From an uncultured archaeon (GTDB lineage Archaea; Asgardarchaeota; Lokiarchaeia; Sigyniarchaeales; SOKP01), in assembly GCA_964508365.1 (NCBI GenBank), contig CAZDTP010000007.1, positions 32,001 through 96,000 of the forward strand: a DNA stretch of 64,000 nucleotides, in the 5' to 3' direction. The notes under the pieces were generated by a model. That model was not told the origin of the DNA. It was given only the letters and a program-made list of their open reading frames with translations, and made no database searches. Below, piece by piece: positions 29,398 to 40,135 of the stretch. Position 1 is the first letter of the stretch. Every line of letters begins with the position of its first letter. The position numbers were made by a program, and so were the translations under genes.

Positions 29398-30285
29398 CTA
29401 GCTATTTACTTTATCAGCGTTTTTTGCAATTGCATCTACAATTTGAGGCCAAATTTCAGGCGGTAAGCTATGTCCCATGCCCTCAATGATTAGTAATTCC
29501 GCTCCAGGTATAGTTGCAGCTGTTTCTTTACCACCTTCAACTGGAACTAAAGGATCGTCACCTCCATGAATTACAAGTGTAGGAACTTTTATTGAGCCAA
29601 GTTTTGGAACACGGTTTTCAGCAGCTAATATTGCAAACAATTGTCGCGTTATTCCTTGGGGATAAAAAGAACGGTCATATAAAATAGCTGCAAATTCACG
29701 TTCTTTATCTTCGTTATAGGGAAAGCCAGATCCATAAAGATAACGCCGACGATTCACTGATTCCTCAATATAAGCTTCACGATCTGTAGGCGCAGGTTTT
29801 AATAGTAATTGCATAGCTTCTGGCTTAGCTTGAGGGAGATTAGGATTTCCGGTTGTGCTCATTATTGAAGTTAGACTCAGAACGCGGGTTGGATGGCGTA
29901 ATGCGATTATCTGAACAATCATTCCTCCCATCGAAGCGCCACAAATATGAGCTTTTTCTATGTTAAGGGCATCTAGAAGACCAACTGCATCATCAGCCAT
30001 ATCTTCTACAGTATAGGGTGGCGATATCGTCTTTCCTTGCTGGCGTGCCATAAATTCCTTCATAATATTTGGTACCCCAGCTTCTTCAAATTTAGTAGAT
30101 AAACCGATATCGCGATTATCGAATCGGATAACATAAAATCCATTATCTACAAACATCATACAAAGCTCCTCAAGCCAGGTAATCATCTGAGCTCCTAACC
30201 CCATCACCAAAAGTAAAGGTTTTGACGAGGGATCTCCAAAGGTGTCATACTCTATCTCAATATTGTTAGCTTTCGCTTTAGGCAT
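29398..30285 (-). CDS. Alpha/beta-fold hydrolase
   Basis: RFDNRDIG, GASMGG nucleophile elbow, HGGDDP, GMGH. Confidence 0.92.
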   Translation of the reverse strand: MPKAKANNIEIEYDTFGDPSSKPLLLVMGLGAQMITWLEELCMMFVDNGFYVIRFDNRDIGLSTKFEEAGVPNIMKEFMARQQGKTISPPYTVEDMADDAVGLLDALNIEKAHICGASMGGMIVQIIALRHPTRVLSLTSIMSTTGNPNLPQAKPEAMQLLLKPAPTDREAYIEESVNRRRYLYGSGFPYNEDKEREFAAILYDRSFYPQGITRQLFAILAAENRVPKLGSIKVPTLVIHGGDDPLVPVEGGKETAATIPGAELLIIEGMGHSLPPEIWPQIVDAIAKNADKVNS

Positions 30286-30465
30286 TAATATTACCTTAAT
30301 TGTTTTTATTTTTGTTTCTATTGAATTATTCTTAATAGATCATTATTGCTTTTTTCTTATTTAAAAATATTTTTCTAATTTACATATCTCAAATTTATAA
30401 AAAAACAACTTAATTGGGTAATCAACGGAATTGATATAATCGGCTGTGGACTCTCTCAAAATATT

Positions 30466-30512
30466 AAGAAAAAATTAAAAGAAAAAGAGAAAGAAAAAAT
30501 AAATAAAAAAAA
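30466..30512 (-). terminator. Long T-rich terminator after thermosome gene
   Basis: A/G-rich run on + directly downstream of the stop at 30522. Confidence 0.55.
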
Positions 30513-30521
30513 TATACTAAG

Positions 30522-32216
30522 TTAATAATCCATTCCGCCCATGCCCGGCATGCCACCCATGCCGCCCATGCCACCCATCCCCGGCATGCCTCCCATACCG
30601 CCCGGAGGCATTCCACCAGGAGGGCCAGCTGATTTCGCACCTGCGATAACATCGTCGATGCGTAAAATCAATGAGGCTGCTTCGGTAGAGCTTTTAATCG
30701 CTTGAATTTTCACCACAGTTGGTTCAACTACGCCAACTGACATCATGTTGAGGATAACGTCTCCAGTTTCTAAGTCGGTTCCGGCAAACTTGTTTCCTGT
30801 TTGATGTGCGGCTCTTAATTTCATTAACACGTCAATCTGGTCTAATCCGGCGTTTTCTGCGAGTGTTTTAGGGATGATATCAAGGGCATCGGCAAAAACT
30901 TCGACTGCGAGTTGTTCGCGACCTCCTAGAGTTTGTGCGTATTTTCTTAATTGGATAGCAGTTTCGATTTCTGGAGCTCCTCCGCCGCCGACAATTTTCT
31001 CGTCTTCGACGACATTTCTGACTACGCATAAAGCGTCGTGAATAGCTCTATCGACTTCATCTATGACAAGTTCAGTTCCGCCTCGAATTAAAATTACGAC
31101 TGATTTAGGATCTTTGCATTCTTCGATGAAAATCCAGCTATCGTTCATAATTTTGCGTTCTTCGACTAATCCAGCGAATCCTAGCTTATCTTGAACAATA
31201 TCGTCGAGATTGGTGAAGATCATTCCCCCAGTAGCTTTAGAAAGCTTTTCTATATCAGATTTTTTGACTCGTCGAATAGCCATTACTCCGGCTTTTGTTA
31301 AGAAGTGTTGAGCCATATCGTCGATTCCCTTCTGGCAAACTACTACATTTGCTCCAGATTTCACGATCTTGTCGGCCATGTTTCTAAGCATGCGTTCTTC
31401 TTCGTCTAAGAATTGTTGAATTTGATCTGGGCTCGTAATTTGGAGTTTAGCATCAAATTCAGTTTTTTCAATTTCTATAGCGCTCTGTAATAAGAGTACC
31501 TTAGCATCTTTAACGATCTTAGGCATTCCGGGGCTGACAACTTCTTTATCCAAGATAATTCCTTTAATGAGGGTAGTTTCGTCAATTGATTCTCCCTCCT
31601 TTTTTTGGATTTGAACTTTTTCGATATCAGCGACCCATTTACCGTTTTCGCCTTTTTCGGCTATTGCCTTTATTGCATCGATACAAATTTCGGCTAGCAT
31701 ATCTCTTGATTCAGAAACGAGTTTTGAGGACATACAAGTCATTGCAGCATTTTTTAATCCTGCTCTATCGTCAATTCCGCTTTTTATTGACATTTTTTCT
31801 AGGATTTCAACCGCTTTCTCAGCCGCTTTTCTGAATCCCTCAGTAATAACTGTTGGGTGAATTTTTTGTTGTAGTAGCTTTTCTGCGCGCTTTAATAGTT
31901 CACCAGCAAGGATTACAGAAGTAGTTGTGCCATCACCCACTTCGGAATCTTGAGTTTTAGCAACTTCGACCATCATTTTAGCTGCAGGATGTTGAACATC
32001 AATTTCTTTTAGAATTGTTGCCCCATCGTTAGTGATAACAACGTCGCCGAATTGATCAACGAGCATTTTATCCATTCCACGAGGTCCTAGTGATGTTCGC
32101 ACCGCTTCAGCGATAACTTTCGCAGCAGCAATATTATTTTCCATAGCGTCTTTTCCACGAGTTCTTTCGGTCCCTTCCCTCATAATCAGGATAGGTTGAC
32201 CGCCTAATTGTGCCAT
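30522..32216 (-). CDS. ths: Thermosome (group II chaperonin) subunit
   Basis: [39 protein letters not shown] tail. Confidence 0.98.
   Translation of the reverse strand: MAQLGGQPILIMREGTERTRGKDAMENNIAAAKVIAEAVRTSLGPRGMDKMLVDQFGDVVITNDGATILKEIDVQHPAAKMMVEVAKTQDSEVGDGTTTSVILAGELLKRAEKLLQQKIHPTVITEGFRKAAEKAVEILEKMSIKSGIDDRAGLKNAAMTCMSSKLVSESRDMLAEICIDAIKAIAEKGENGKWVADIEKVQIQKKEGESIDETTLIKGIILDKEVVSPGMPKIVKDAKVLLLQSAIEIEKTEFDAKLQITSPDQIQQFLDEEERMLRNMADKIVKSGANVVVCQKGIDDMAQHFLTKAGVMAIRRVKKSDIEKLSKATGGMIFTNLDDIVQDKLGFAGLVEERKIMNDSWIFIEECKDPKSVVILIRGGTELVIDEVDRAIHDALCVVRNVVEDEKIVGGGGAPEIETAIQLRKYAQTLGGREQLAVEVFADALDIIPKTLAENAGLDQIDVLMKLRAAHQTGNKFAGTDLETGDVILNMMSVGVVEPTVVKIQAIKSSTEAASLILRIDDVIAGAKSAGPPGGMPPGGMGGMPGMGGMGGMGGMPGMGGMDY
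30531..30626 (-). repeat. GC-rich coding repeat (GGM/PGM)n at thermosome C-terminus
   Basis: [32 protein letters not shown]. Confidence 0.9.
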
Positions 32217-32390
32217 TTTAAATTCACACTATTTTGTTTTTTTAAATTAATTATTAATTATATAATGATCTCTAAGTCATAAAATTAAAAAAGTTTACGG
32301 AAATTATAATTTTTAAATCGTGAAGGGGTAAGCTAATAAAATATTAGGGGTAGGAATTGGTTCTTGTAAGAAATAGATGCATTTTTTTCT

Positions 32391-32552
32391 TTATTTTTGA
32401 AGTTCTCTTTTCTTGAGTCTCAAATCTTTAGATCTGCATCTACGACATTTTTTAGCTTTGATGGGGTTCAAGGCTCCACACTTTCGGCATACTGTTTTCA
32501 TTAACAAGTGGTGTCTAGCTATTTTTCTTTTGAAGGGGTCATCAATGGGCAT
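32391..32552 (-). CDS. rpl40e: 50S ribosomal protein eL40 (53 aa; not in ORF track)
   Basis: Hand translation [53 protein letters not shown]; AAGGAG SD upstream. Confidence 0.93.
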   Translation of the reverse strand: MPIDDPFKRKIARHHLLMKTVCRKCGALNPIKAKKCRRCRSKDLRLKKRELQK

Positions 32553-32796
32553 AATATAATCTCCTTTGCTACCAATCGTTATTGCGTGTTTTTTAGTTCT
32601 TAAAATGCTTTTCTTTTTGAATTTATTTTAATAGTATTCCAAGTTGCAACTTAAGAATAATTTGAAAAACAATTGAAAGCTAAAAAATTTTTTGAAAGAG
32701 AATAGAAATATAGAAATAAAGTAAAAATTAAAATTTTATAAATAATTTTAGGATTTAACTTAGAGCAAGTAAAAATTCATATTTAATTGAAAGAAT

Positions 32797-32991
32797 ATGC
32801 CGAAAGAGATATTTGACGAGAAGAAATTCATAGAATTAGCAGAGTTTGCGATTCATTGTCGCGTTAAGAGAGTTAAAGATGTTGTAAAGTTAAAACTAAG
32901 GACAAAGAAGCGTCTTTACACATATAAAACTGATCCTACAACTGCTGATAGGTTAGTAAGAGGCTTAAATTGTGATATAATCGAGTTATAA
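32797..32991 (+). CDS. rpl38e: 50S ribosomal protein eL38
   Basis: MPKEI...F......VK......KLKLRTKKRLYTY pattern. Confidence 0.85.
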   Translation: MPKEIFDEKKFIELAEFAIHCRVKRVKDVVKLKLRTKKRLYTYKTDPTTADRLVRGLNCDIIEL

Positions 32992-33024
32992 ATGGTGATT
33001 AATTGATTTAATGGTACTAAATAA

Positions 33025-33534
33025 ATGAAAAATCTTCCTGCGTGTAAAACATGTGTAAGTTCCGGATTTTTATGTTCTAGTTGCCAAGAAAAACTAGATA
33101 CAGGAGTTCTTACTCAATTTGAGTTAGATTTAGCTAAGGATTTGCTTGTTTTGGAGGAGGAAGAACAGTTTAATTTTTTAAAAAATATTTCTTTCTATAA
33201 AGCAATTGATTTCGAAGATGTAGTAATTTTTGTAATCGGTAAAAAGGATAAGCTTAAAACAACTCAGGAACTTATTAACTGGTTAAAAGAAACGTACGAA
33301 GTGGACGAATTAATATTAATTGAGCAAACTAAAAATCCTAGAGCTGCGTTAGAAAGTTTGATAGCACCGAGTAAATTAATTACTTTAAACGAGATATTTT
33401 TAGCTACAGGAGATATTGAATTTAAAGGAGTTTTGAATAAGACGGACCAAGACATGATCTTATTTACTAAAGAAGAGCTTGAAGAATTAATTCTTGAACT
33501 CACAGGTAATACAATTCGCATTGAATTTCAATAG
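33025..33534 (+). CDS. Archaeal NusA-like protein with N-terminal Cys4 zinc site
   Basis: LPACKTC..SGFLCSSC, KH-like downstream region, position in a ribosomal/translation block. Confidence 0.7.
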   Translation: MKNLPACKTCVSSGFLCSSCQEKLDTGVLTQFELDLAKDLLVLEEEEQFNFLKNISFYKAIDFEDVVIFVIGKKDKLKTTQELINWLKETYEVDELILIEQTKNPRAALESLIAPSKLITLNEIFLATGDIEFKGVLNKTDQDMILFTKEELEELILELTGNTIRIEFQ

Positions 33535-33584
33535 TTTTTAGAGCATTATATCTTAATTTCTAATTTAAACAGGTTTAATAAATT

Positions 33585-33941
33585 GTGGACGAATATAAAC
33601 AAGTTATTTTAATAAGGACCGATTTGAAGATGGGTACTGGTAAGAAATGTGCGCAATCGTGTCACGCTTCAATTTCCTCATCGGATATTGTTAGGGTACA
33701 AAATAAAGATGCCTGGAAGAAATGGAAAAACGCTGGGCAGAAGAAAGTGGTACTGCGAGTTTCTAGCATTGAAGATTTAAATGAGATTGTTCAAAAATTA
33801 GAGAAAGCCAAGATCCCCTACTTTTTAGTTAAAGACGCGGGATTGACGCAGTTAACCCCTGGGACAACCACAGCGTTAGGGATTGGACCTGCAATATCAA
33901 CTACCTTAGATAAAATCACTGGGGAATTGAAGCTACTTTAA
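33585..33941 (+). CDS. pth2: Peptidyl-tRNA hydrolase Pth2
   Basis: [48 protein letters not shown]. Confidence 0.96.
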   Translation: MDEYKQVILIRTDLKMGTGKKCAQSCHASISSSDIVRVQNKDAWKKWKNAGQKKVVLRVSSIEDLNEIVQKLEKAKIPYFLVKDAGLTQLTPGTTTALGIGPAISTTLDKITGELKLL

Positions 33942-33965
33942 TTTATTATTTCTAGGCTGGATGAA

Positions 33966-35351
33966 TTGGATGAAGAAAATATTACTTCCATAGGATCTAA
34001 AAACCTCAGTAAGAGAGAAACAGAAAAAATTGTTGGAATCGAAGTTTTTTCTTCTTCTGGATATGAGGGTATTCAAGCTATAATTAAAAAACGTTATAAA
34101 GATTTTATTGTCAGAGAGATAACCCCTTCAGGAAGAGTTCTCGAAATAAAAGAGGATTATGACCCAACATATTTTTCTGAAGGTAATAAAGATAACTATA
34201 CCCTTTTTAATTTAATAAAAGTTAATAAGGACACATTTGAAGCAATAAGATTAATAAGCAAAGCCTTAGGTATTCCACCAAAATCGATAGGATATGCTGG
34301 ATTAAAAGATAAACGATCTATAAGTGTTCAAATGGCTTCTATTCGAGGGAATTATGTTGAAAAATTGAAGAACTTGAAATTGGACGACATTTTTATTAGA
34401 AACATATTTCCTTCAAAGAATTCTGTTAAATTGGGATATAACTGGGGGAACCAGTTTGTTATAACTTTACGGAACATCAAACACATGCCTGATCAAATGA
34501 ATAAAATAGAAAAGTTATTGACTTATCTCCGTAATCACGGTTTTCCAAACTATTATGGACTTCAGCGATTTGGTACTTTTAGACCGAATTCTCATATCAT
34601 CGGGAGATACATTTTAGAAAGCCAGTTTAAGAAGGCTTTTGAGGAGTTTGTTATAAAAGATTACTCTACAGAATTACCTCAATCTCAAAAAATAAGGGCT
34701 GAATTAGCAAAGACGGGTGATTTATATAAAGCACTCAACTCTTTTCCTACAAGTCTTGGTTATGAGAGAACTATGATCAAATATTTATTAGATAATCCAG
34801 GGGATTATGAGGGTGCTATTTTTCATCTACCCAAATCCCTCATCAAATTACTGATTAGTTCGTTTCAATCTTTCTTATTCAATAAAATGGTGTCTTTACG
34901 TGTTTATAAAGGGAATTCTTTACATAATCCTGTAAAGGGTGATGTCTTTAGCATACTAGACGAAGAAAATGGGAATATCACACAAATAAAACACACATAC
35001 GGTGGGTTTTACGATGAGTATCTACAAGAGGCGAGAAAACTGAATCGAGCAAAAATCATAGCCCCTCTAATAGGATATAATACAGACACTGACGAATTTC
35101 CTTACATGAAAACCTTATTTTTAGAGATAATTAAGAAAAATCGTATCTCTTTAAATCTATTTAAAAATAAGCTATTAGAAATGTATGATTTCAAGGGTTC
35201 TTTTAGGCCAATAATAGCAAAACCTGTAGGCTTAAAAATTCTCGAATATTCTAGTGATAATCTTTTCCCAAATAGATACAAAATGAAAATTGAATTTTCT
35301 CTTCAGAAAGGCTCTTATGCTACATTACTTCTACGTGAAATAGTAAAATAA
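33966..35351 (+). CDS. truD: tRNA pseudouridine(13) synthase TruD
   Basis: DFIVRE, YAGLKDKRS.SVQ, GNQFVI, FPNYYGLQRFG, FSLQKGSYAT. Confidence 0.95.
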   Translation: MDEENITSIGSKNLSKRETEKIVGIEVFSSSGYEGIQAIIKKRYKDFIVREITPSGRVLEIKEDYDPTYFSEGNKDNYTLFNLIKVNKDTFEAIRLISKALGIPPKSIGYAGLKDKRSISVQMASIRGNYVEKLKNLKLDDIFIRNIFPSKNSVKLGYNWGNQFVITLRNIKHMPDQMNKIEKLLTYLRNHGFPNYYGLQRFGTFRPNSHIIGRYILESQFKKAFEEFVIKDYSTELPQSQKIRAELAKTGDLYKALNSFPTSLGYERTMIKYLLDNPGDYEGAIFHLPKSLIKLLISSFQSFLFNKMVSLRVYKGNSLHNPVKGDVFSILDEENGNITQIKHTYGGFYDEYLQEARKLNRAKIIAPLIGYNTDTDEFPYMKTLFLEIIKKNRISLNLFKNKLLEMYDFKGSFRPIIAKPVGLKILEYSSDNLFPNRYKMKIEFSLQKGSYATLLLREIVK

Positions 35352-35355
35352 GAAA

Positions 35356-36903
35356 TTAGGTGATAACTACCTCGTAATCTTGAATGGTTTCAATACCAAG
35401 AATATCGTTCACCTTAATAGAAATTTTGTGTTTCCCTTTCTCCTCATAGTTATATGGAACGGAGGTTAAATGCAGTTTACGATCTTTTAACGTTCGATAT
35501 GAAATCCAAGCCGTAGCAAAACTATGTTCACGATGGTTAAAATCAATAGCCCAGCTATCAATCCAATCTGAAAAAGATTTTATGCTGTTTTTAATGCTAT
35601 CTTTAATAAAACTTAAATTTGGAACGATATAATCCACAAGATCAACCGTTACCTTAGAGTCTTTTTCTGAAATCTTAACAACAAATTTAATATCTTGAAT
35701 TAAAGAAAAAATATCCTTCTTTTGTATATTCTCAACGAGAAAATCTTTGTATGTATTTATTTCTTGCGTATATTTATTATTTCTCATGATTTTGAAGGGC
35801 TGAGATCGTCTTTCATATTTTTTATTCCAATCTATCAAATCATTGCTATTCCACACATCAATGATTCTCTTACGACTAATGTTTATGGCCTGTTTTCCAA
35901 TGTCTGAACCAATCCACCGCCGACCAAGTTTTTCCGCAACGACTAAAGAAGTTCCAGTACCGCAGAAAAAATCAGCAATAATATCGCCTTTATTAGAAGA
36001 TGCAAGTATAATTCTCTTCAAAAGCCGCTCGGGTTTTTGGGTAGAAAATGCTTGATATTCAAATGTATTTGCTCTAATATAAGGAATATCCGTCCAAACA
36101 TCACGAGGAAAGATACCTTTATTTGTAACATAAACTTTTTGCGATAGTTTTTTCCCATTGTGACTTCCACCCCGATAATAGAACATACCTTTATCGTCTT
36201 CTTTTAATGCAAACTTAACTCGATCAGAATATTCCATATAGATTCCCGGATCGTCGTTGAAAGTATATTCATTTGATTTAGTGTAAAATAATATAGAATC
36301 AAACGATCGGATAAAAAATTTTCTTGTTTTAGCTGAAGCGGCGGGATAAGCCCAGATGATTTCGTTTCTAAAATTTTCTTTTCCAAAAATCTCGTCTAAT
36401 ATTACTTTAATATAATGCGAAACATGCCAATCTAAATGAACATAAATACTTCCATTTTCAGAAAGAAGATTCTTCATTAGCAATAATCTATCGTAAAGAA
36501 AATCAATAAACTCGTCAATTCCTCCTTCCCATATATCAGAGTAAGCTTTTTTATTCTCGAATGTGTTATTCTCTCCGATAAAAATTTTTGATTCAAAATT
36601 ACCCCCTGTTGCATATGGTGGATCGATATATATAAGATCAATCTTGTTTAAAAATTTAGAAATCAGCGATCCTAAGATACTTTTATTTTCGCCCCAAATT
36701 AATAAATTTTTCCAACTGTTAGAACTTTTTCTTTGTTCATGGGTCCATGAACGTTTATCTTTTGATCTATCATTATCAAAAAAAATGCTCTTTGTTATGG
36801 GATTTTCTATTAGCTCCAAGACCTGAAAATCCAAGATATTTTGAGAATAATTTAATTTTTGAGTGTGATTTTCATCTTTTTTTTCCCAATATAGTTTCGG
36901 CAT
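35356..36903 (-). CDS. Beta-class N6-adenine/N4-cytosine DNA methyltransferase (Mod-like), no cognate endonuclease nearby
   Basis: IYIDPPY (motif IV) before ADFFCGTGT (motif I), FRNEIIW, TQKPERLL, C-terminal DWIDSWAIDF..SYRTLKDR. Confidence 0.9.
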   Translation of the reverse strand: MPKLYWEKKDENHTQKLNYSQNILDFQVLELIENPITKSIFFDNDRSKDKRSWTHEQRKSSNSWKNLLIWGENKSILGSLISKFLNKIDLIYIDPPYATGGNFESKIFIGENNTFENKKAYSDIWEGGIDEFIDFLYDRLLLMKNLLSENGSIYVHLDWHVSHYIKVILDEIFGKENFRNEIIWAYPAASAKTRKFFIRSFDSILFYTKSNEYTFNDDPGIYMEYSDRVKFALKEDDKGMFYYRGGSHNGKKLSQKVYVTNKGIFPRDVWTDIPYIRANTFEYQAFSTQKPERLLKRIILASSNKGDIIADFFCGTGTSLVVAEKLGRRWIGSDIGKQAINISRKRIIDVWNSNDLIDWNKKYERRSQPFKIMRNNKYTQEINTYKDFLVENIQKKDIFSLIQDIKFVVKISEKDSKVTVDLVDYIVPNLSFIKDSIKNSIKSFSDWIDSWAIDFNHREHSFATAWISYRTLKDRKLHLTSVPYNYEEKGKHKISIKVNDILGIETIQDYEVVIT

Positions 36904-36991
36904 TATTAATCGTTAATAAGATGGCAAAAAATTTATTCTTATTTTCCTTTTCAAATATAATTTTATGTAATTAATTGTCAAACACGAAACC

Positions 36992-38314
36992 ATGTCAACT
37001 GAAGAGATGGACGGATGGAGAAAAACTCATTATACTAAAGATGTAACTTTGGATTTAGTCGAAAAGGAAGTAATTTTAGGTGGTTGGGTTAGAAATTATC
37101 GTGATTTAGGTGGTTTGAGGTTTATAAACCTTCAAGATGTCTACGGAGAGCGTCAAATCACCTTAAAAAAAGGCATAGTGTCTGATGAGATTTTCGAAAA
37201 AGCTAAAGTAGGATATCAGTATTGCCTTATGGTAAAAGGAACAGTTAAAGCCTTTGAAAAAGCTCCTGGTGGCATCGAAATTATCCCCATCGAAATAAAG
37301 ATTTTAAACAAAACTCCTGAAAAATTGCCAATCGATATGACAGGAGAAACTACTACTGAATTAGATTTAAGGCTAAATAATAGAGCGCTAGATCTTAGAT
37401 CAGTAAGGAACCAAGCGATCTTTGCTATTAGAGGAGAAATTCTAAATTCTACGAGAAATTTTTTGCTTGATCACGATTTTAAAGAGATCTATACGCCTAA
37501 AATTATTAGTTCAGCTACTGAGGGTGGAACAGAACTATTTCCAATTATGTATTTTGATAGAGAAGCCTTTCTTACTCAATCTGCCCAATTATATAAAGAG
37601 CAATTGAGCGGTGTATATGAGAGAGTATTTGAGATAGGTCCAAGTTTTAGAGCTGAGAAAAGCCATACAAAACGCCATTTATGTGAAATAGTGCAGTTGG
37701 ATATGGAAATTGCATTCGCGGATATGAAGGATGTTCTAGAATTATTAGAAGAATTAGTTCAAAATGTCATTATCGGCATTCGAGATAAGCAGATGTCTGC
37801 TTTAAAACTACTAGGAATGGAAAACAAGACTGTCGTCCCAGAAATCCCGTTTCTAAGGTATACTTATGAAGAATTACTTGATCTATTAAATAATAAACTA
37901 AACCTAAAGATTGAGTGGGGAGAAGATTTATCGACAGAAGCTAATAGAAAACTCGGACAGGAAATACCAGGTTATTACTATATAACTCACTGGCCGATGG
38001 CAATAAAACCATTTTACATTATGCCATCAAAAGATCCAAAATTTAGCGAATCATTTGATTTACAAAAAGGTTGGCTAGAATTAAGCTCTGGTGGTACAAG
38101 AGTCCATAACAAAGTACAATTAGTAAAAGCATTAGAAAGTAAAGGACTTAATTCGCTTGCTTTTGAATCACATCTTAGAGCTTTTGATTATGGAATGCCT
38201 CCTCACGCTGGTTTTGGCTTAGGAATCGCAAGATGGCTAACGGTTTTATGTGGATTGGATGATATTAGAGAGGCGGTTATGTACCCTAGAACTCCTGAAA
38301 GATTGACTCCTTAA
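36992..38314 (+). CDS. aspS: Aspartate--tRNA ligase, archaeal type (probably non-discriminating)
   Basis: GWVR..RDLGG, RLNNRALDLR, ATEGGTELF, QSAQLYK, FRAEKS.T.RHL, GMPPHAGFGLG, YPRTPERLTP; KAPGG Pro. Confidence 0.96.
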   Translation: MSTEEMDGWRKTHYTKDVTLDLVEKEVILGGWVRNYRDLGGLRFINLQDVYGERQITLKKGIVSDEIFEKAKVGYQYCLMVKGTVKAFEKAPGGIEIIPIEIKILNKTPEKLPIDMTGETTTELDLRLNNRALDLRSVRNQAIFAIRGEILNSTRNFLLDHDFKEIYTPKIISSATEGGTELFPIMYFDREAFLTQSAQLYKEQLSGVYERVFEIGPSFRAEKSHTKRHLCEIVQLDMEIAFADMKDVLELLEELVQNVIIGIRDKQMSALKLLGMENKTVVPEIPFLRYTYEELLDLLNNKLNLKIEWGEDLSTEANRKLGQEIPGYYYITHWPMAIKPFYIMPSKDPKFSESFDLQKGWLELSSGGTRVHNKVQLVKALESKGLNSLAFESHLRAFDYGMPPHAGFGLGIARWLTVLCGLDDIREAVMYPRTPERLTP

Positions 38315-38364
38315 TTTAAATGAATATATTGAATATTAATAATAATAATTAATTTTACAGAATC

Positions 38365-39276
38365 ATGGACAATAAGTGTATCGAATCTTATATAAAAGCA
38401 GGTAAAGCAGTGAAGGCTGCTAAAGAATTAGCCAAAAAGCTAATTAAACCTGGAGTGACTTTTTTAGAAATTGCGAACAAATGCGAAGAAGAAATTATCA
38501 ATCAAGGTTGCAAATTATCATTTCCAATAAATATGTCACTTGATAAATACGCTGCCCATTATAGCCCAATAATTGACGATCCAACAGTAGTACCTGATAG
38601 AGGATTGTTAAAAATAGATTTAGGGTCTCATTATAATGGATATATTGCAGATTCTGCAATCACTTTTAATATAAACAATGAACCTGAACTGCAAAACTAT
38701 ATTGATGCTGCTAAAGAAGCACTTGATGCAGCAATTAGACTTTTTAAGCCTGGAATAAAACTATATGAAATTGGAGAAGTGATTGCCGAAAAAATACTTA
38801 ACCGAGGGTTGAGACCAATAACTAATCTTGGCGGACACGAGTTAAAGCAATATAATCTGCATGCAGGTCCATTTGTCCCTAACTATAAAGATTTAAATCA
38901 CAATAAAGTTATTCAGCCTGGGGAAGCCTACGCTTGTGAACCATTTGTTACTTCTGGCATTGGAATTGTCGTCAACGGTAAGAAATCTTATATTTATCGA
39001 TTTGCGAAGAAAGTCAAAAAAAACCTCCCATATGAAGAATTAAACTACATGAAGAAGATAGAAAAACTTACTAACTACCTACCATTTTCGCCACGTTTAA
39101 TCGAAAAACATAATATTATCCCAAAAAACAAAATACAAAAAATAATTGATATTTTTATAAGAAAAAGAATATTAGATCATTATCCTCTTTTAATAGAAAA
39201 GACTGGAGCTCCAGTTGCTCAACAGGAGCATACAATATTAATAGATCTAGATGGAAATACAATTGTCACCACCTAA
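38365..39276 (+). CDS. map: Methionine aminopeptidase type II
   Basis: FPIN, AAHYSP, KIDLG, IADSA, LGGH, ACEPF, AQQEHT. Confidence 0.96.
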   Translation: MDNKCIESYIKAGKAVKAAKELAKKLIKPGVTFLEIANKCEEEIINQGCKLSFPINMSLDKYAAHYSPIIDDPTVVPDRGLLKIDLGSHYNGYIADSAITFNINNEPELQNYIDAAKEALDAAIRLFKPGIKLYEIGEVIAEKILNRGLRPITNLGGHELKQYNLHAGPFVPNYKDLNHNKVIQPGEAYACEPFVTSGIGIVVNGKKSYIYRFAKKVKKNLPYEELNYMKKIEKLTNYLPFSPRLIEKHNIIPKNKIQKIIDIFIRKRILDHYPLLIEKTGAPVAQQEHTILIDLDGNTIVTT

Positions 39277-40135
39277 TACAAAATTTATGGAAAATCTCAC
39301 AAGTGTTATTCTTTGTGCCGGTAAAGGGAAACGCGCTAAAGGAATTGCGGATGATATACCGAAGCCATTAATAAAAGTTATATCATTAAATAATCAATCT
39401 ATTCTAGCAATTCTAATATCACATTTATATCGATTTGGTATTGAACCAATTGTAATAGTAACTGGATATTTAGGTGAGCAAATTGAGAAATACATTATTT
39501 CATCTCAAGCAAAAATCCTATACAAAAGCGAGATGATAATAATCACCAACGCTGGAAATCGATATGAGTTAGGTCCTTTGCATTCTTTTCTAAGTATTAC
39601 AAGAAATAAACGGGTTTTTAAAACTAATGAACTTTTTCTTGTTATTCCGGGAGATACTATTTTTGACTACAAACTTATGGAAAAAATTTTAAATTTGCTT
39701 AAAGATAATTACTCTAAAGTTAATCAGAATTCCATTATTTTTTACCGAAGAACTAACAAATTAGCACTAAATAAAGAGACCGAAAAATATGGACCAATGC
39801 GTAATAAAATACTATCTTGCATAAGAACAAAGGAAGAACGCTCAAAACAATATGTTAAAGAAATATTTCAGAGAAACATAAATACATTGTCAGATGAAGA
39901 AGAATTCAATCAGATTATCCCGATTTTCATTATAACTTATGATTATGTGAAAAATTTTGAGAATCTTGCTAGCAAGATAAAATTGAATAAAATTGTTGAT
40001 GCTGTAAACTTATCTATAAAAAACCAAATGGAATTTTTAACATGTAGGGTTAAATCAGAACATAATTTTTACGATGTTGATACTGCCTCCGACTTAAAAC
40101 TTGTGAACGAGCATTATAAAAAAAGTGGACAATAG
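39251..40135 (+). CDS. NTP-transferase (sugar-phosphate nucleotidyltransferase-like); likely start ATG 39287
   Basis: VILCAGKGKR...PKPL, VTGYLGEQI, PGD, FYDVDT..DL. Confidence 0.8.
   Translation: MEIQLSPPNTKFMENLTSVILCAGKGKRAKGIADDIPKPLIKVISLNNQSILAILISHLYRFGIEPIVIVTGYLGEQIEKYIISSQAKILYKSEMIIITNAGNRYELGPLHSFLSITRNKRVFKTNELFLVIPGDTIFDYKLMEKILNLLKDNYSKVNQNSIIFYRRTNKLALNKETEKYGPMRNKILSCIRTKEERSKQYVKEIFQRNINTLSDEEEFNQIIPIFIITYDYVKNFENLASKIKLNKIVDAVNLSIKNQMEFLTCRVKSEHNFYDVDTASDLKLVNEHYKKSGQ

Noticed and set aside
32391-32552. eL40 as a ubiquitin fusion precursor
   Set aside because: Stand-alone 53-aa gene with its own SD and an upstream in-frame stop; ordinary archaeal arrangement
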